Part shown: positions 38,132 to 49,180 of the stretch, in pieces
How the letters are laid out: every line of letters starts with the position of its first letter
Position numbering within the stretch: position 1 is the stretch's first letter
NCBI GenBank assembly: GCA_963768055.1
Contig: CAVYGN010000002.1
Span: 1,216,001 to 1,280,000 of the forward strand
Reading direction: 5' to 3'
Source: an uncultured Spirochaetota bacterium
GTDB lineage: Bacteria > Spirochaetota > Brevinematia > Brevinematales > JAOACQ01
DNA: 64,000 nt
Translations under genes and position numbers: made by a program
The notes under the pieces: generated by a model
Database searches by the model: none
What the model saw: only the letters and a program-made list of their open reading frames with translations
What the model was told of the DNA's origin: nothing

Positions 38132-39868
38132 ATGGTGCATGAATTTGAGGCCGTAATCGTAGGCGGCGGCGGAGCAGGCTTATACGCAGCCCTCGAGGCG
38201 AGCGAAAGGGGAAGGACGGCTGTAGTTTCCAAACTTCATCCCCTGAGGAGCCATACCGGAACTGCCCAGGGAGGCATTGGGGCGGCTTTAGGAAACCTTG
38301 AAGAAGACAGGCCCGAATGGCATGCATTTGACACCATCAAGGGCGGAGATTATCTTGTCGACCAGAATGCGGCTAAAATACTGGTGGAGGATGCGGTCAA
38401 GGCCGTTTACGATCTGGAGAACAGGGGTTTGCCTTTCTCGAGGACCCCTGACGGCAGAATAGACCAGCGCAGGTTCGGGGGTCATACCAGGAATTTCGGG
38501 GAGGCTCCGGTAAAACGCGCCTGTTACGCTGCGGACAGGACAGGTCACATGATCCTTCAAACCTTATATCAGCAGTGCGTTAAAAATAAAGTCTCATTTT
38601 ACGAGGAATTTTTCGTTTTAGATGTAATTATAGATAACAAAAAATGCAGCGGCGTGGTAGCACTGGAATTGGCTACGGGCGAAGTCCATGTATTCAAATC
38701 AAAATGCGTCCTTTTTGCGACAGGCGGTTTCGGAAGGATGTTCAAGACTACTTCGAACGCTCATGCGAACACCGGCGACGGGCCGGCTGTGCTCTTAAGG
38801 AAAGGGGTTCCCCTGATGGACATGGAATTTTTCCAGTTTCATCCTACAGGTATAGCTGGTATGGGAATTTTAATAACCGAGGCCGTAAGGGGAGAGGGGG
38901 GAATATTAAAGAACAGGAAAGGCGAGCCGTTTATGAAGGAATACGCCCCGAATCTGCTCGATCTTGCCCCCAGGGACCTTATAAGCAGGGCGATCATACA
39001 GGAGCTTAAAAAAGGCAATGGGATGAGGGGAGACCAAAAAATCGACGATTTCGTTCTTCTTGACGCTACACATCTCGGCAGGGACACTGTTAACTCTAAA
39101 CTCCCCGATATCGCCGAATTCTGCAAAACTTACCTGGGAATCGATCCCGCGGATGAGCCGATCCCTGTCCAGCCTACCGCGCATTACGCAATGGGAGGGA
39201 TACCTACGGATATTTACGGAAGAGTCCTCCGGAGCCCCGGCGGTGATACCTACGAAGGCCTTTATGCGGCCGGAGAATGCGCCTGCGTTTCTGTGCATGG
39301 TGCGAACAGGCTCGGCACGAATAGCCTGGTCGATCTGATAGTTTTCGGAAAAAGAGCGGGGATCGCGATGGCGGATTATATGAAAAACGCCGATTACGGA
39401 AAGGCCTCGGAGAGCGACAGCGAACAGGCATTAAAGGTTATCGGTAGCCTCCTAGACGGTAAAAAGGGCCTCCATGGAGGTAAAATCCGGGAACAGATGC
39501 AGGACACGATGATGGAAAATGTCGGAATATTCAGGAATCAAACCGATTTAAATAAAGCGGTAGAAAAACTGACGGAGTTGAAACAGTCTTTCATGGAAGT
39601 CAGGGTTGAAGATAAAAATAAGAAATTTAACACCGATCTTCTTGAAATCCTTGAACTGCAGAATTTACTCGATCTTGCCTATATAACGGCTGTTTCGGCC
39701 ATGAACAGGACCGAGAGCAGGGGAGCTCACAGCAGGGACGATTTCATGGAAAGGAATGACGGGGAATGGCTTAAGCATACTATGGTTTCCACCGGGGACG
39801 GTAAAATTACTATAGGATATAAAAGCGTCGACCTGTCATTATTTAAACCGAAGCCGAGGACATATTGA
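38132..39868 (+). CDS. sdhA: Succinate dehydrogenase/fumarate reductase flavoprotein
   Basis: [36 protein letters not shown] before 38132. Confidence 0.95.
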   Translation: MVHEFEAVIVGGGGAGLYAALEASERGRTAVVSKLHPLRSHTGTAQGGIGAALGNLEEDRPEWHAFDTIKGGDYLVDQNAAKILVEDAVKAVYDLENRGLPFSRTPDGRIDQRRFGGHTRNFGEAPVKRACYAADRTGHMILQTLYQQCVKNKVSFYEEFFVLDVIIDNKKCSGVVALELATGEVHVFKSKCVLFATGGFGRMFKTTSNAHANTGDGPAVLLRKGVPLMDMEFFQFHPTGIAGMGILITEAVRGEGGILKNRKGEPFMKEYAPNLLDLAPRDLISRAIIQELKKGNGMRGDQKIDDFVLLDATHLGRDTVNSKLPDIAEFCKTYLGIDPADEPIPVQPTAHYAMGGIPTDIYGRVLRSPGGDTYEGLYAAGECACVSVHGANRLGTNSLVDLIVFGKRAGIAMADYMKNADYGKASESDSEQALKVIGSLLDGKKGLHGGKIREQMQDTMMENVGIFRNQTDLNKAVEKLTELKQSFMEVRVEDKNKKFNTDLLEILELQNLLDLAYITAVSAMNRTESRGAHSRDDFMERNDGEWLKHTMVSTGDGKITIGYKSVDLSLFKPKPRTY

Positions 39869-39883
39869 AACGGGAGTCGATTC

Positions 39884-40597
39884 ATGAAAGTCACGCTTAA
39901 AATTCAAAGGTATAATCCGGAAGAAGACAAAGCACCCTATTTTAAGAGCTATGAGATTGATGCCGAACCTAAAGACAGGCTGCTCGATTCTTTGATGTAT
40001 ATCAAGACTTACATCGACGGCTCCCTGGCGTTCAGAAAAAGCTGCGCGCATGGGATTTGCGGTTCCGACGCAATGGTAATAAACGGGATTGAAAGGCTCT
40101 CATGCAAGACCCTGATAAAAGACGTGTCGGGAGAATCTGAAATAACGATACAGCCGTTAAAAAGCCTGCCGGTGCAGAGGGATTTGCTGGTAGATTATCG
40201 TCGCTTTTTTGAAAACTATAAAGTCGTTAAACCCTTTCTGATCAATAAGAATCCTGTATCTGAAAAAGAAAGGCTGCAGAGCCCTGACGAGAGGAACAGG
40301 TTTGACGATTCGACTAAATGCATTCTGTGTGCGGCCTGTTTTTCGGCGTGCCCGGTGGAAAATGAAAAAAATCCGGATTTCATAGGGCCTGCCGCTATAG
40401 TGCAGGCGGCGCGATTTATATTCGATTCCAGGGACATGGGTTTGAACGACAGGCTCGATGTCCTTGACAAACCCGACGGGGTATGGGCCTGTGAAAACAA
40501 ATTTCTCTGCACCAAGGTATGCCCGAGAGAAATCAAGGTTACAAAGAATATCAATCTGACAAAAAACAGGATCAAAGAATTGCGGGAACAACTATGA
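39884..40597 (+). CDS. sdhB: Succinate dehydrogenase iron-sulfur subunit
   Basis: SCAHGICGSD, CILCAACFSACP, C...CTKVCP. Confidence 0.95.
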   Translation: MKVTLKIQRYNPEEDKAPYFKSYEIDAEPKDRLLDSLMYIKTYIDGSLAFRKSCAHGICGSDAMVINGIERLSCKTLIKDVSGESEITIQPLKSLPVQRDLLVDYRRFFENYKVVKPFLINKNPVSEKERLQSPDERNRFDDSTKCILCAACFSACPVENEKNPDFIGPAAIVQAARFIFDSRDMGLNDRLDVLDKPDGVWACENKFLCTKVCPREIKVTKNINLTKNRIKELREQL

Positions 40598-41727
40598 AAT
40601 TATTCGAATACCAGGCAAAGGAATTATTAGGCAATTACAGTATACCTGTCCAGAAGGGGCGGGTGGCGTTAAATGCAGGCGAGGTTTACGAGATCGCCGG
40701 CGGGATGGTTGGAAAGATCGTCATCAAGGCGCAGGTGCTGACAGGCGGCAGGGGTAAAGCGGGAGGGGTCAAACTCGTGTCTTCGCCCGACGAGGCCAGG
40801 TCCGCGGCAGAGGATATATTCATGATGAAGATCAAGGATAATCCGGTCAATAAGGTGATGGTGGTACAGGCCTTCGATATAAAAGAGGAAATTTACGCCG
40901 CTGTCGCCCTTAACAACGCTGAAAAAAGGATTGAATGCATATTAAGCAGCGAAGGCGGCATGGAAATTGAAGACACGGCAGCAAAAGAGCCGGGGAAAAT
41001 TTATAAAATCCCTTTAAGCCGGGAAATTTTTCTCGATGGAATCGCTATTCAGGAAGAATTAAAGAGGATCTTCGGCATTAATTTATCTAAAAATATATTT
41101 GAAATAATCAAGAATATGTTCGTCCTGTTTGTTGAAAACGATTGCTCCCTGGTGGAGATAAATCCGCTTGCAGTGGGGCAGGGTGGGGATTTTATGGCGC
41201 TTGATGCTAAAATAGTTATTGACGATAATGCCCTGTTCAAACATCCGGAGCTGGAGAAGCTTAAAAATCAGGAGGAATACTCCAGCGACGAACTTGACGC
41301 AAGGAAAGCCGGTCTCGCTTTTGTCAGCCTTGAAGGAAAGATAGGATGCATGGTCAACGGGGCTGGGCTTGCGATGGCGACAATGGATCTTATAAAGTAT
41401 TTCGGGGGGGAACCTGCGAATTTCCTGGATATCGGAGGAAGTTCCAACCCACAAAAAGTGGTGGACGGTTTGAAAATATTGATAAAAAACAAAAACATCA
41501 GGACGATTCTGCTTAATATATTCGGAGGGATCACACGCTGCGACGATATTGCGAGGGGGCTTGTCGAAGCCGAGCATGAATTCAGGATCGACATACCTCT
41601 TGTAATAAGGCTTATAGGGACAAATGACAGCGCCGGTATTGAAATTTTAAGGCAAAACGGTTTTACCGCTTTTTCAAGCCTTGCCGAAGCTGTAAAAACC
41701 GCAGTAAAAATGCAGGGTTTGTTATGA
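40594..41727 (+). CDS. sucC: Succinyl-CoA synthetase beta subunit
   Basis: [30 protein letters not shown] overlap with sdhB. Confidence 0.97.
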   Translation: MKLFEYQAKELLGNYSIPVQKGRVALNAGEVYEIAGGMVGKIVIKAQVLTGGRGKAGGVKLVSSPDEARSAAEDIFMMKIKDNPVNKVMVVQAFDIKEEIYAAVALNNAEKRIECILSSEGGMEIEDTAAKEPGKIYKIPLSREIFLDGIAIQEELKRIFGINLSKNIFEIIKNMFVLFVENDCSLVEINPLAVGQGGDFMALDAKIVIDDNALFKHPELEKLKNQEEYSSDELDARKAGLAFVSLEGKIGCMVNGAGLAMATMDLIKYFGGEPANFLDIGGSSNPQKVVDGLKILIKNKNIRTILLNIFGGITRCDDIARGLVEAEHEFRIDIPLVIRLIGTNDSAGIEILRQNGFTAFSSLAEAVKTAVKMQGLL

Positions 41728-42596
41728 GCATATTGATAGATGAAAAAACAAGGGTTATAGTCCAGGGGATAACAGGCAGGGACGGAAGTTTCCATACAAG
41801 GCAGATGATCGAATACGGGACAAAAGTGATTGGAGGCGTAACTCCGGGAAAGGGCGGACAAATCGTCGAATCGAAGCCTGTTTTTAATTCCATCGGGGAA
41901 GCATTGAATAATTCGGAGGCCGACGCATCTGTCATTTTTGTCCCGGCGAAATCCGCTTCAGGGGCGATAAGAGAGGCCGCCGATAACGGAATCAAATTGA
42001 TCGTGTGCATAACCGAGGGGATCCCAATACTGGAGATGCTTGACAATTACTATTATGTCAAAGGAAAAAATTCAATTCTCATAGGGCCTAACTGCCCGGG
42101 CCTTATTTCTCCCGAAAAATCTAAAATAGGGATTATGCCGGGGAAGATCCACAAAAAGGGGAATATCGGGGTTATATCGAGAAGCGGGACATTGACTTAC
42201 GAGGTCGTTTACAATCTTACTCTGAAAGGACTGGGACAATCGACCTGTGTGGGTATCGGCGGCGATCCGATCGTCGGATCGGGGTTTATCGATATGCTTG
42301 AAAAATTCAATGAAGATCCTGATACAGACGGTGTTGTCCTGATTGGTGAAATAGGCGGCAATGAAGAAGAAAAAGCCGCCGAATGGATCAGGAGAAATTT
42401 CAAGAAGAAAGCCGTTTCTTTCATATCGGGGAGGACCGCCCCGGCGGGAAAGAGAATGGGGCATGCGGGGGCCATTATTTCCGGAAGTTTCGGTACGGCG
42501 GAAGGGAAGATAGAGGCTTTCAGGGCTTCCGGAATTCCTGTAGCGGACAGGCCTGACGAGATTCCCGATTTGATGCTGGAGCTATTGGGAGAATAA
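41724..42596 (+). CDS. sucD: Succinyl-CoA synthetase alpha subunit
   Basis: QGITG, GPNCPG, RMGHAGA. Confidence 0.97.
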   Translation: MSILIDEKTRVIVQGITGRDGSFHTRQMIEYGTKVIGGVTPGKGGQIVESKPVFNSIGEALNNSEADASVIFVPAKSASGAIREAADNGIKLIVCITEGIPILEMLDNYYYVKGKNSILIGPNCPGLISPEKSKIGIMPGKIHKKGNIGVISRSGTLTYEVVYNLTLKGLGQSTCVGIGGDPIVGSGFIDMLEKFNEDPDTDGVVLIGEIGGNEEEKAAEWIRRNFKKKAVSFISGRTAPAGKRMGHAGAIISGSFGTAEGKIEAFRASGIPVADRPDEIPDLMLELLGE

Positions 42597-45308
42597 ATGC
42601 TGAATAATAATATCAAATATCTGGAAAGTTTATTCGGAAGTTCTGAAGCCGTTGAAGCGGTTTCTAATACAGCAGTGGAAACTTACGAGATACCGGCCTA
42701 CCAATCGGATAATGCCGTCAAGCAGGGCAGGGTGGACAGCCTTATCTGGGCCTTCAGGGAGGTCGGCTATATATACGCGAAGCTGAATCCGCTTGGAGAA
42801 GATTACCAGGAGCATTATACCAATCTGCCTTTGATCCGGTCAGGCATTTTTGAAAAATTGACCCCGGAAGATTTTGGGCTTTCAATAGAGGATATGAACG
42901 GGATATTTTACGGCGGCCCCGCTTTCGAATATCAAAAAAAGACCCTGAGGGAGATCATGGAAGTATATTCCCGGATATACTGTTCTTCGTCAGGTTTCGA
43001 ATTCCTTCATATCCATAGTAAACCAGTCAGAAAATGGTTCATAGAGAATCTTGAAACCCGAAAGGATAAATTCACCCTTTCAGGTGAAGAAAAAAAAATA
43101 ATTCTCGAAGACCTCATAAAAACAAGTGAATTCGAGAATTTTCTTAACAAGACTTATATCGGCCAGAAAAGGTTCTCCATCGAGGGGGCCGAGTCGGTAA
43201 TACCTTGCCTTCATTCACTAATCAATATGGCGACTGATTTAAAAGTAAAAGAGATCGTTATAGGGACTACGCACAGGGGGAGGCTGACTATACTGAATAA
43301 CATTTTACAGCTTCCTCCGGAGGATATCTTTTACCTGTTCGAGGAAAATTTTGTCCCTGACATGGTGGACGGGGGAGGCGATGTAAAATATCATCTCGGA
43401 TATACAATGGAGCATTCCCACCCGGACGGAAGCAGTATCAGGGTCACCCTTCCGCCTAACGCGAGCCACCTGGAATCGGTCGATTCCGTCGCTGAGGGAA
43501 GGGCAAGAGGAATTCAGGACTGTATCGGGGATGACGGGAAAAAAGAGGTTATACCGGTAATCCTGCATGGAGAAGCCGCTTTCTCAGGCCAGGGGGTCGT
43601 AGCTGAAACATTGAACCTTTCAGGCCTTGAAGGTTACTCGACCGGGGGGACCATTCATATTATTATCAACAATCAGGTCGGGTTTACCACCTCCCCGAGA
43701 AGCGAACATTCGAGCGCTTTTGTAACGGATATTGCGAAAGCCATATCGATTCCCATTTTACATGTCAACGGGGACGAACCTGAGGAAACGGTCCTGGCAA
43801 TGAAGCTGGCTTTTATTTACAGGCAGAATTTCCATAGCGACGTAGTTATAGACATCATCTGTTACCGTAAATACGGCCACAACGAGGGGGACGACCCGTC
43901 ATTTACCCATCCCAGAATGTATGAAATAATCAGGAACCATAAAAGCGTTGCCGGTATTTACCTGGATAAATGTCTTCTGAGTAATTTAATCACTAAAGAA
44001 CAGGCCGACTCGATTAAAAACGATTATGTCAGGGAATTGAAGGACGCTTTTGATAAAATGCACCGGGATAAAAATTTTGAAGGCTACACGGGTTTTTATC
44101 CGAAAAAAATAGAATATTTCGACAAGGGCCTGAAGCTTAGCGTCGACGTAGGCGTCCCGAAAAATGACATTTTATATATCGCCGGGCAGATCCATAAAAT
44201 ACCGGAGGGTTTTAAAGTACATGAAAAGCTTGAACGAATTCTGGAAACCAGGTATAAAAATTTTTTAAATAACGGTACTGTCGATTGGGCTTTTGCGGAA
44301 TCCCTTGCCTTCGGGTCACTGCTTTTAGAGGGCTGCGGCGTGAGGCTATCCGGACAGGACAGCGAAAGGGGAACTTTTTCACAGCGGCACCTGGTATGGT
44401 GGGAAGTAAATGTCGATGAACCGAAATATTATATTCCGCTAAATCATATAAAAGAGGATCAGACTAAAATTTCAGTGTATGACAGCCCGTTATCCGAATA
44501 TTCCATCCTCGGCTTCGAATTCGGCTACTCAATATCATGCCCTGACAAACTTGTCATATGGGAAGCCCAATTCGGCGATTTTGCAAACGGTGCCCAGGTT
44601 ATAATAGATAATTTCATCATCGCTTCTGAAGCGAAATGGGGCGTCAGGAGCGGCCTTGTTCTGTTATTGCCGCATGGCTACGAGGGCCAGGGGCCTGAGC
44701 ATTCGAACGGCCATATGGAGAGGTACCTGCAGTTGTCGGCCCAGGAAAATATCCAGGTATGCAATGTTACCACCCCTGTTCAATATTTCTGCCTTTTAAG
44801 GAGGCAGATCAGGTTAAAAGTCGATAAGCCCCTTGTCATCATGGCCCCGAAAAGCCTTCTCCGCCATCCTCTTGCCGTTTCGACGCTGGAAGATTTAACC
44901 AGGGGGCATTTTCAATTCGTAATAGACGATCCTTATATTTCAGGGAAGGAAAATGAAATTTCGAAACTATTGTTCTGTACTGGAAAGATATATTACGACC
45001 TGATTGCCAAAAGGGAAAAAACCGTGGACAACCACACCGCAATTATCAGGCTGGAACAGCTGTATCCCCTGCCGGTCAAAGAAATAGAAAAGATCCTGAC
45101 AAAATATAAAGTTTCAGGCGGCAGGTATTGGGTCCAGGAAGAGCCGCAGAATAGGGGGGCATGGTCGTTTATCAAGTATCAGTTCGAAAATGTTTTTAAT
45201 GAAAAACTTGTATATATTGGAAGAAAAGCCAGCGCCAGCCCGGCGACAGGTTCGCTGGCCTTGTTTAAAGAAGAACAGGAAAAAATTTTGGATATGGCTG
45301 TCAAATAA
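42597..45308 (+). CDS. sucA: 2-oxoglutarate dehydrogenase E1
   Basis: KRFSIEG, HRGRL, GDVKYH, WEAQFGDF, PHGYEGQGPEHS. Confidence 0.97.
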   Translation: MLNNNIKYLESLFGSSEAVEAVSNTAVETYEIPAYQSDNAVKQGRVDSLIWAFREVGYIYAKLNPLGEDYQEHYTNLPLIRSGIFEKLTPEDFGLSIEDMNGIFYGGPAFEYQKKTLREIMEVYSRIYCSSSGFEFLHIHSKPVRKWFIENLETRKDKFTLSGEEKKIILEDLIKTSEFENFLNKTYIGQKRFSIEGAESVIPCLHSLINMATDLKVKEIVIGTTHRGRLTILNNILQLPPEDIFYLFEENFVPDMVDGGGDVKYHLGYTMEHSHPDGSSIRVTLPPNASHLESVDSVAEGRARGIQDCIGDDGKKEVIPVILHGEAAFSGQGVVAETLNLSGLEGYSTGGTIHIIINNQVGFTTSPRSEHSSAFVTDIAKAISIPILHVNGDEPEETVLAMKLAFIYRQNFHSDVVIDIICYRKYGHNEGDDPSFTHPRMYEIIRNHKSVAGIYLDKCLLSNLITKEQADSIKNDYVRELKDAFDKMHRDKNFEGYTGFYPKKIEYFDKGLKLSVDVGVPKNDILYIAGQIHKIPEGFKVHEKLERILETRYKNFLNNGTVDWAFAESLAFGSLLLEGCGVRLSGQDSERGTFSQRHLVWWEVNVDEPKYYIPLNHIKEDQTKISVYDSPLSEYSILGFEFGYSISCPDKLVIWEAQFGDFANGAQVIIDNFIIASEAKWGVRSGLVLLLPHGYEGQGPEHSNGHMERYLQLSAQENIQVCNVTTPVQYFCLLRRQIRLKVDKPLVIMAPKSLLRHPLAVSTLEDLTRGHFQFVIDDPYISGKENEISKLLFCTGKIYYDLIAKREKTVDNHTAIIRLEQLYPLPVKEIEKILTKYKVSGGRYWVQEEPQNRGAWSFIKYQFENVFNEKLVYIGRKASASPATGSLALFKEEQEKILDMAVK

Positions 45309-45322
45309 CGGGAGGACCCAAT

Positions 45323-46534
45323 ATGAAAGTTGAAGTCAAAGTCCCATCCGTTGGCGAATCTATTGTCAAAGGAATCTTATCGAAATGGCTGAAAAAAAAT
45401 GGAGACGTTGTAACCGAGGGTGAAACTATTTTCGAACTTGAAACGGACAAGGTAAATGTCGAGGTCCCCGCTCCAGCATCCGGTAAAATCGAGATCCAGG
45501 CTCCAGAGGGCGATGAGGTAAATATCGGCCAGACAGTCGCTTTTGTGGACACTGATTTTATTCCTGAAAAAACTGAAGTGAAAGAGCCGCAGGCTCCGGA
45601 AATTATTGCAGAAATAAATCCGCCGAATACCTCTCCTTCAAGCCCTGCCCCAAGCGCAGCCAAGGCAACCCCTTACAGGACAAGCCCCTCCAGGACAAGC
45701 CCATCAGTAAGAAGGATTGCCTTCGAGAACAATATCGATATCGGAGGTATTGACGGGACAGGGAAAGAGGGCAGGATCATGAAAGAAGACGTTTTGAATA
45801 GATTGAAGAGTGCAAAAGCTGATGAAAAACCGGAGGAAAGGCAAACTGTCGTTAAAATGTCCCCCATAAGGCGCACTATTGCGAAGAATCTTGTCCAGGC
45901 CAAACAGGAAGCGGCTCATGTCACCACCTTCAATGAGATCGATATGGAGCAGGTCATAGCGATACGGGCCAAAGACAAAGACGAGTTCATGAAAAAACAT
46001 GGGACCAAGCTCGGGTTCATGTCTTTTTTCGTAAAGGCTTGCTGCCAGGCCCTGAAGGATTTCCCCGACGTCAACACTATGATCAGGGGGGATGAGATTA
46101 TATACAACCATTATTATAATATCGGTGTAGCCGTTTCAGTTGACGAGGGCCTTATAGTACCGGTCATTAAAGATGCTGACCGGCTGTCATTCGCGCAGAT
46201 CGAGGCGGTATTGGGCGACCTGGCGGAAAGGGCCAGGATGAAAAAGATAAAGCTTGAGGAATTGCAGGGCGGAACGTTTACCATAACGAATGGCGGTATT
46301 TACGGTTCCATGATGAGCACGCCGATACCCGACTTTCCCCAGTCTGCAATCCTGGGTATGCATGCGATAAAGGACAGGCCTGTCGTTATAGACGGCAAAA
46401 TCGTGATCAAGCCTGTCATGTATACAGCCCTGACTTATGACCACAGGGTTATAGACGGTAAAGACGCAGTTGAATTCCTGGTTGACATAAAAAAATATAT
46501 CGAAGACCCGGAAAGCCTTCTGATCGAACTATAA
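45323..46534 (+). CDS. sucB: Dihydrolipoamide succinyltransferase E2
   Basis: Lipoyl ETDKV, E3-binding domain, YDHRVIDG. Confidence 0.96.
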   Translation: MKVEVKVPSVGESIVKGILSKWLKKNGDVVTEGETIFELETDKVNVEVPAPASGKIEIQAPEGDEVNIGQTVAFVDTDFIPEKTEVKEPQAPEIIAEINPPNTSPSSPAPSAAKATPYRTSPSRTSPSVRRIAFENNIDIGGIDGTGKEGRIMKEDVLNRLKSAKADEKPEERQTVVKMSPIRRTIAKNLVQAKQEAAHVTTFNEIDMEQVIAIRAKDKDEFMKKHGTKLGFMSFFVKACCQALKDFPDVNTMIRGDEIIYNHYYNIGVAVSVDEGLIVPVIKDADRLSFAQIEAVLGDLAERARMKKIKLEELQGGTFTITNGGIYGSMMSTPIPDFPQSAILGMHAIKDRPVVIDGKIVIKPVMYTALTYDHRVIDGKDAVEFLVDIKKYIEDPESLLIEL

Positions 46535-46570
46535 AGTATAGTCCTGTAAAGGGACTGCAAAGGAGATAAT

Positions 46571-48004
46571 ATGAACGGAAATAAATTCGATGTGGCGGTC
46601 GTCGGCAGCGGCCCCGGCGGTTATGTGGCGGCTATCAGGTGCGCCCAATTGGGCTTGAAAACAGCGGTCATAGAAAAAAACAAGACATTCGGCGGGACTT
46701 GCCTTAATGTCGGATGCATCCCCTCTAAAGCGCTCCTCGATTCGACTGAATTGTTCGCGGCCGCGAAACATAAAATGAGAGATCATGGCATACTGGTCGA
46801 TCCCGGCAATATTGTTTTAGACTTGAGCATTATGATGGCAAGAAAAGACCGGATAGTGGCTAAAATGACAGAAGGGGTCGGACTGCTTTTAAAAAGCAAT
46901 AAGGTTGAGAATTTCGAAGGTACCGGGAAATTAAAGAACGATCATACAATAATCATAGAAAAACAGGATGGCGGGACTTCCCAAATTGAGAGCGGAAAAA
47001 TAATCCTCGCGACGGGGAGCGTACCGGTAACGCTTCCGGCGTTGCCCTTCGACGGAGAAAAAATAGTCGACTCTACGGGAGCGCTCTCCTTCGACAGGGT
47101 TCCGGGGAAGCTTGCTATTATAGGCGCCGGAGCCATAGGCCTTGAAATAGCCAGCATCTGGAGCAGGCTCGGAGCCGATGTCGTTATAATTGAAATGATG
47201 GATCAGATCCTGCCCCAGTCTGAAAACAGCACCTCCGGCAGGCTCGCCCTGCTGTTGAAAAAACAGGGGGTAGATATTAAACTTTCTAGTACTGTTAAGT
47301 CGGCTGATTTTAAAGACGGGAAGGTCGTTTTATCGATAAGCGACAAAAGCGGCGTCCCAGGCGATATTTCCTGCGATAAGGTCCTTGTGGCGGCCGGCCG
47401 GAAACCCTTCACAGCCGTGCTTGGGCTTGATGAAATAGGCGTCGGATACGACAAAGGAAGCGGAAGGATAAATGTAGGGAAAAATTTCGAAACGAATATT
47501 CCGAATATCTTCGCGATAGGGGATATTATTAAAGGCCCTATGCTTGCCCATAAAGCCCAGGAAGAAGCGGTTGCCGTATCCGAATTTATAGCCGGCGGTT
47601 ACGGCGAGGTAAATTATGACGCTATCCCTTCAATAGTTTATACCTGGCCCGAATACGCTTCGGTTGGTAAAACCGAGGATGAATTAATTAAAAGCGGTGT
47701 ACCTTATAAAACTGGGAAATTCCAGTTCGGCGCGAATGGAAGGGCGCTTGCCGGAGATAACACCGAAGGCTTCGTGAAAATTATTTCATCCGCCCAAACG
47801 GACGCCTTGCTGGGGGCGCAGATCTTAGGGCCCTGGGCGTCGGAACTCATCGCGGAGATATCGACTGTGATTAACTTTAACGGCAGTTCCGAGGATATAG
47901 CACGTACTGTTCACGCCCATCCGACTTTATCTGAGGTTGTAAGGGAAGCCTCCATGGACGTGTCTGGCCGGTCTATCCATTCCCTGCCGAAAATAAAAAA
48001 ATAG
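46571..48004 (+). CDS. lpdA: Dihydrolipoamide dehydrogenase
   Basis: GGTCLNVGCIP, HAHPTLSE. Confidence 0.97.
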   Translation: MNGNKFDVAVVGSGPGGYVAAIRCAQLGLKTAVIEKNKTFGGTCLNVGCIPSKALLDSTELFAAAKHKMRDHGILVDPGNIVLDLSIMMARKDRIVAKMTEGVGLLLKSNKVENFEGTGKLKNDHTIIIEKQDGGTSQIESGKIILATGSVPVTLPALPFDGEKIVDSTGALSFDRVPGKLAIIGAGAIGLEIASIWSRLGADVVIIEMMDQILPQSENSTSGRLALLLKKQGVDIKLSSTVKSADFKDGKVVLSISDKSGVPGDISCDKVLVAAGRKPFTAVLGLDEIGVGYDKGSGRINVGKNFETNIPNIFAIGDIIKGPMLAHKAQEEAVAVSEFIAGGYGEVNYDAIPSIVYTWPEYASVGKTEDELIKSGVPYKTGKFQFGANGRALAGDNTEGFVKIISSAQTDALLGAQILGPWASELIAEISTVINFNGSSEDIARTVHAHPTLSEVVREASMDVSGRSIHSLPKIKK

Positions 48005-48018
48005 AAGGGGAGGTACAT

Positions 48019-49164
48019 ATGGCTGATATTACTTATTCCAAGGGCCTTGAGGGAGTGATCGCCGGTGAGACGACAATTTGTAAAATCAACGGCCTGGAAG
48101 GGAAACTATACTACAGGGGTTACCCTATCGATGAACTTGCTGAAGGCTCCTCGTTTGAAGAGGTAACATACCTTTTGCTGTATGAAAAATTGCCTGTAAG
48201 AAATGAACTGGATGAATTCACAAAAAATATGAGGAAGAGTAGGGGATTGGCGGCGCCCGTCATAGATATGATAAAGAAATTCCCTCCCGGGGGGAAACCC
48301 ATGGAACTTTTGCAGTCCGTGATAGCCTACCTGAGCGGATATGTCGAACATATAATAGAACATAATGCTTTCTGCAATTGCAGGACAACTCTTCACCAGG
48401 TGGCCCAGCTAGCCAGTGTTATCGCGGCATACCAGAGAATAAAAGAGGGGAAGGATTATGTGGAACCCGATGATTCGCTCTCCCATGGAGCGAATTTTCT
48501 CTATATGATGAGGGGGGAAAAACCCGAGGATTATGAAGGTAAAATTATGGACAGGTGTTTTGTGCTTCATGCGGAACATGAATTTAACGCTTCTACTTTT
48601 ACAGCCAGGGTAGTGGCATCAACAATTTCGACATGTTATTCGAGCATTTCAGCCGCTATAGGGGCTTTGAGGGGGCCGCTTCATGGAGGAGCTAACGAAG
48701 AGGTGCTGAAAATGCTTGAAAATATCGGCAGCCAGGACAATGTAGAAAACTGGCTGAACAGGGCCCTCGCTGAAAAACAGAAGATAATGGGTATGGGGCA
48801 TCGTGAATACAAAGCCATGGACCCGAGGGCTGTCATAATGAAAAAATTGCTTGAAGAACTCTCCCTTAAAAAGAATAACGATAAAAATTACAAAATGCTG
48901 CTCCTGATAAATGACATAGTAAGAAAATATATGGACAGCAAGGGTAAGCCGATTTATCCGAACGTCGATTTTTACTCCGGATCGGTTTATTCCCTGTTGG
49001 GAATTCCCACTTATTTATTTACTCCTATATTCGCGGCCGCCAGGGTTTCCGGCTGGCTTGCCCATGTGCTTGAACAGAGGAAAGACAACAGGATTTTCAG
49101 GCCCGAGTCCCTCTACAAAGGGCCGATAGATTTAAAATATATCCCTATTGATGAAAGGAACTGA
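48019..49164 (+). CDS. gltA: Citrate synthase (short type I / methylcitrate synthase family)
   Basis: HAEHEFNAST, GPLHGGANE, MGMGHR, PNVDF. Confidence 0.9.
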   Translation: MADITYSKGLEGVIAGETTICKINGLEGKLYYRGYPIDELAEGSSFEEVTYLLLYEKLPVRNELDEFTKNMRKSRGLAAPVIDMIKKFPPGGKPMELLQSVIAYLSGYVEHIIEHNAFCNCRTTLHQVAQLASVIAAYQRIKEGKDYVEPDDSLSHGANFLYMMRGEKPEDYEGKIMDRCFVLHAEHEFNASTFTARVVASTISTCYSSISAAIGALRGPLHGGANEEVLKMLENIGSQDNVENWLNRALAEKQKIMGMGHREYKAMDPRAVIMKKLLEELSLKKNNDKNYKMLLLINDIVRKYMDSKGKPIYPNVDFYSGSVYSLLGIPTYLFTPIFAAARVSGWLAHVLEQRKDNRIFRPESLYKGPIDLKYIPIDERN

Positions 49165-49180
49165 CGGATGTAATCGGGTT

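Noticed and set aside
37411..38232. Long antisense ORFs (also 238..828, 29529..30173, 53859..54638, 57222..58073)
   Set aside because: Shadows of well-supported genes on the opposite strand with no motifs of their own
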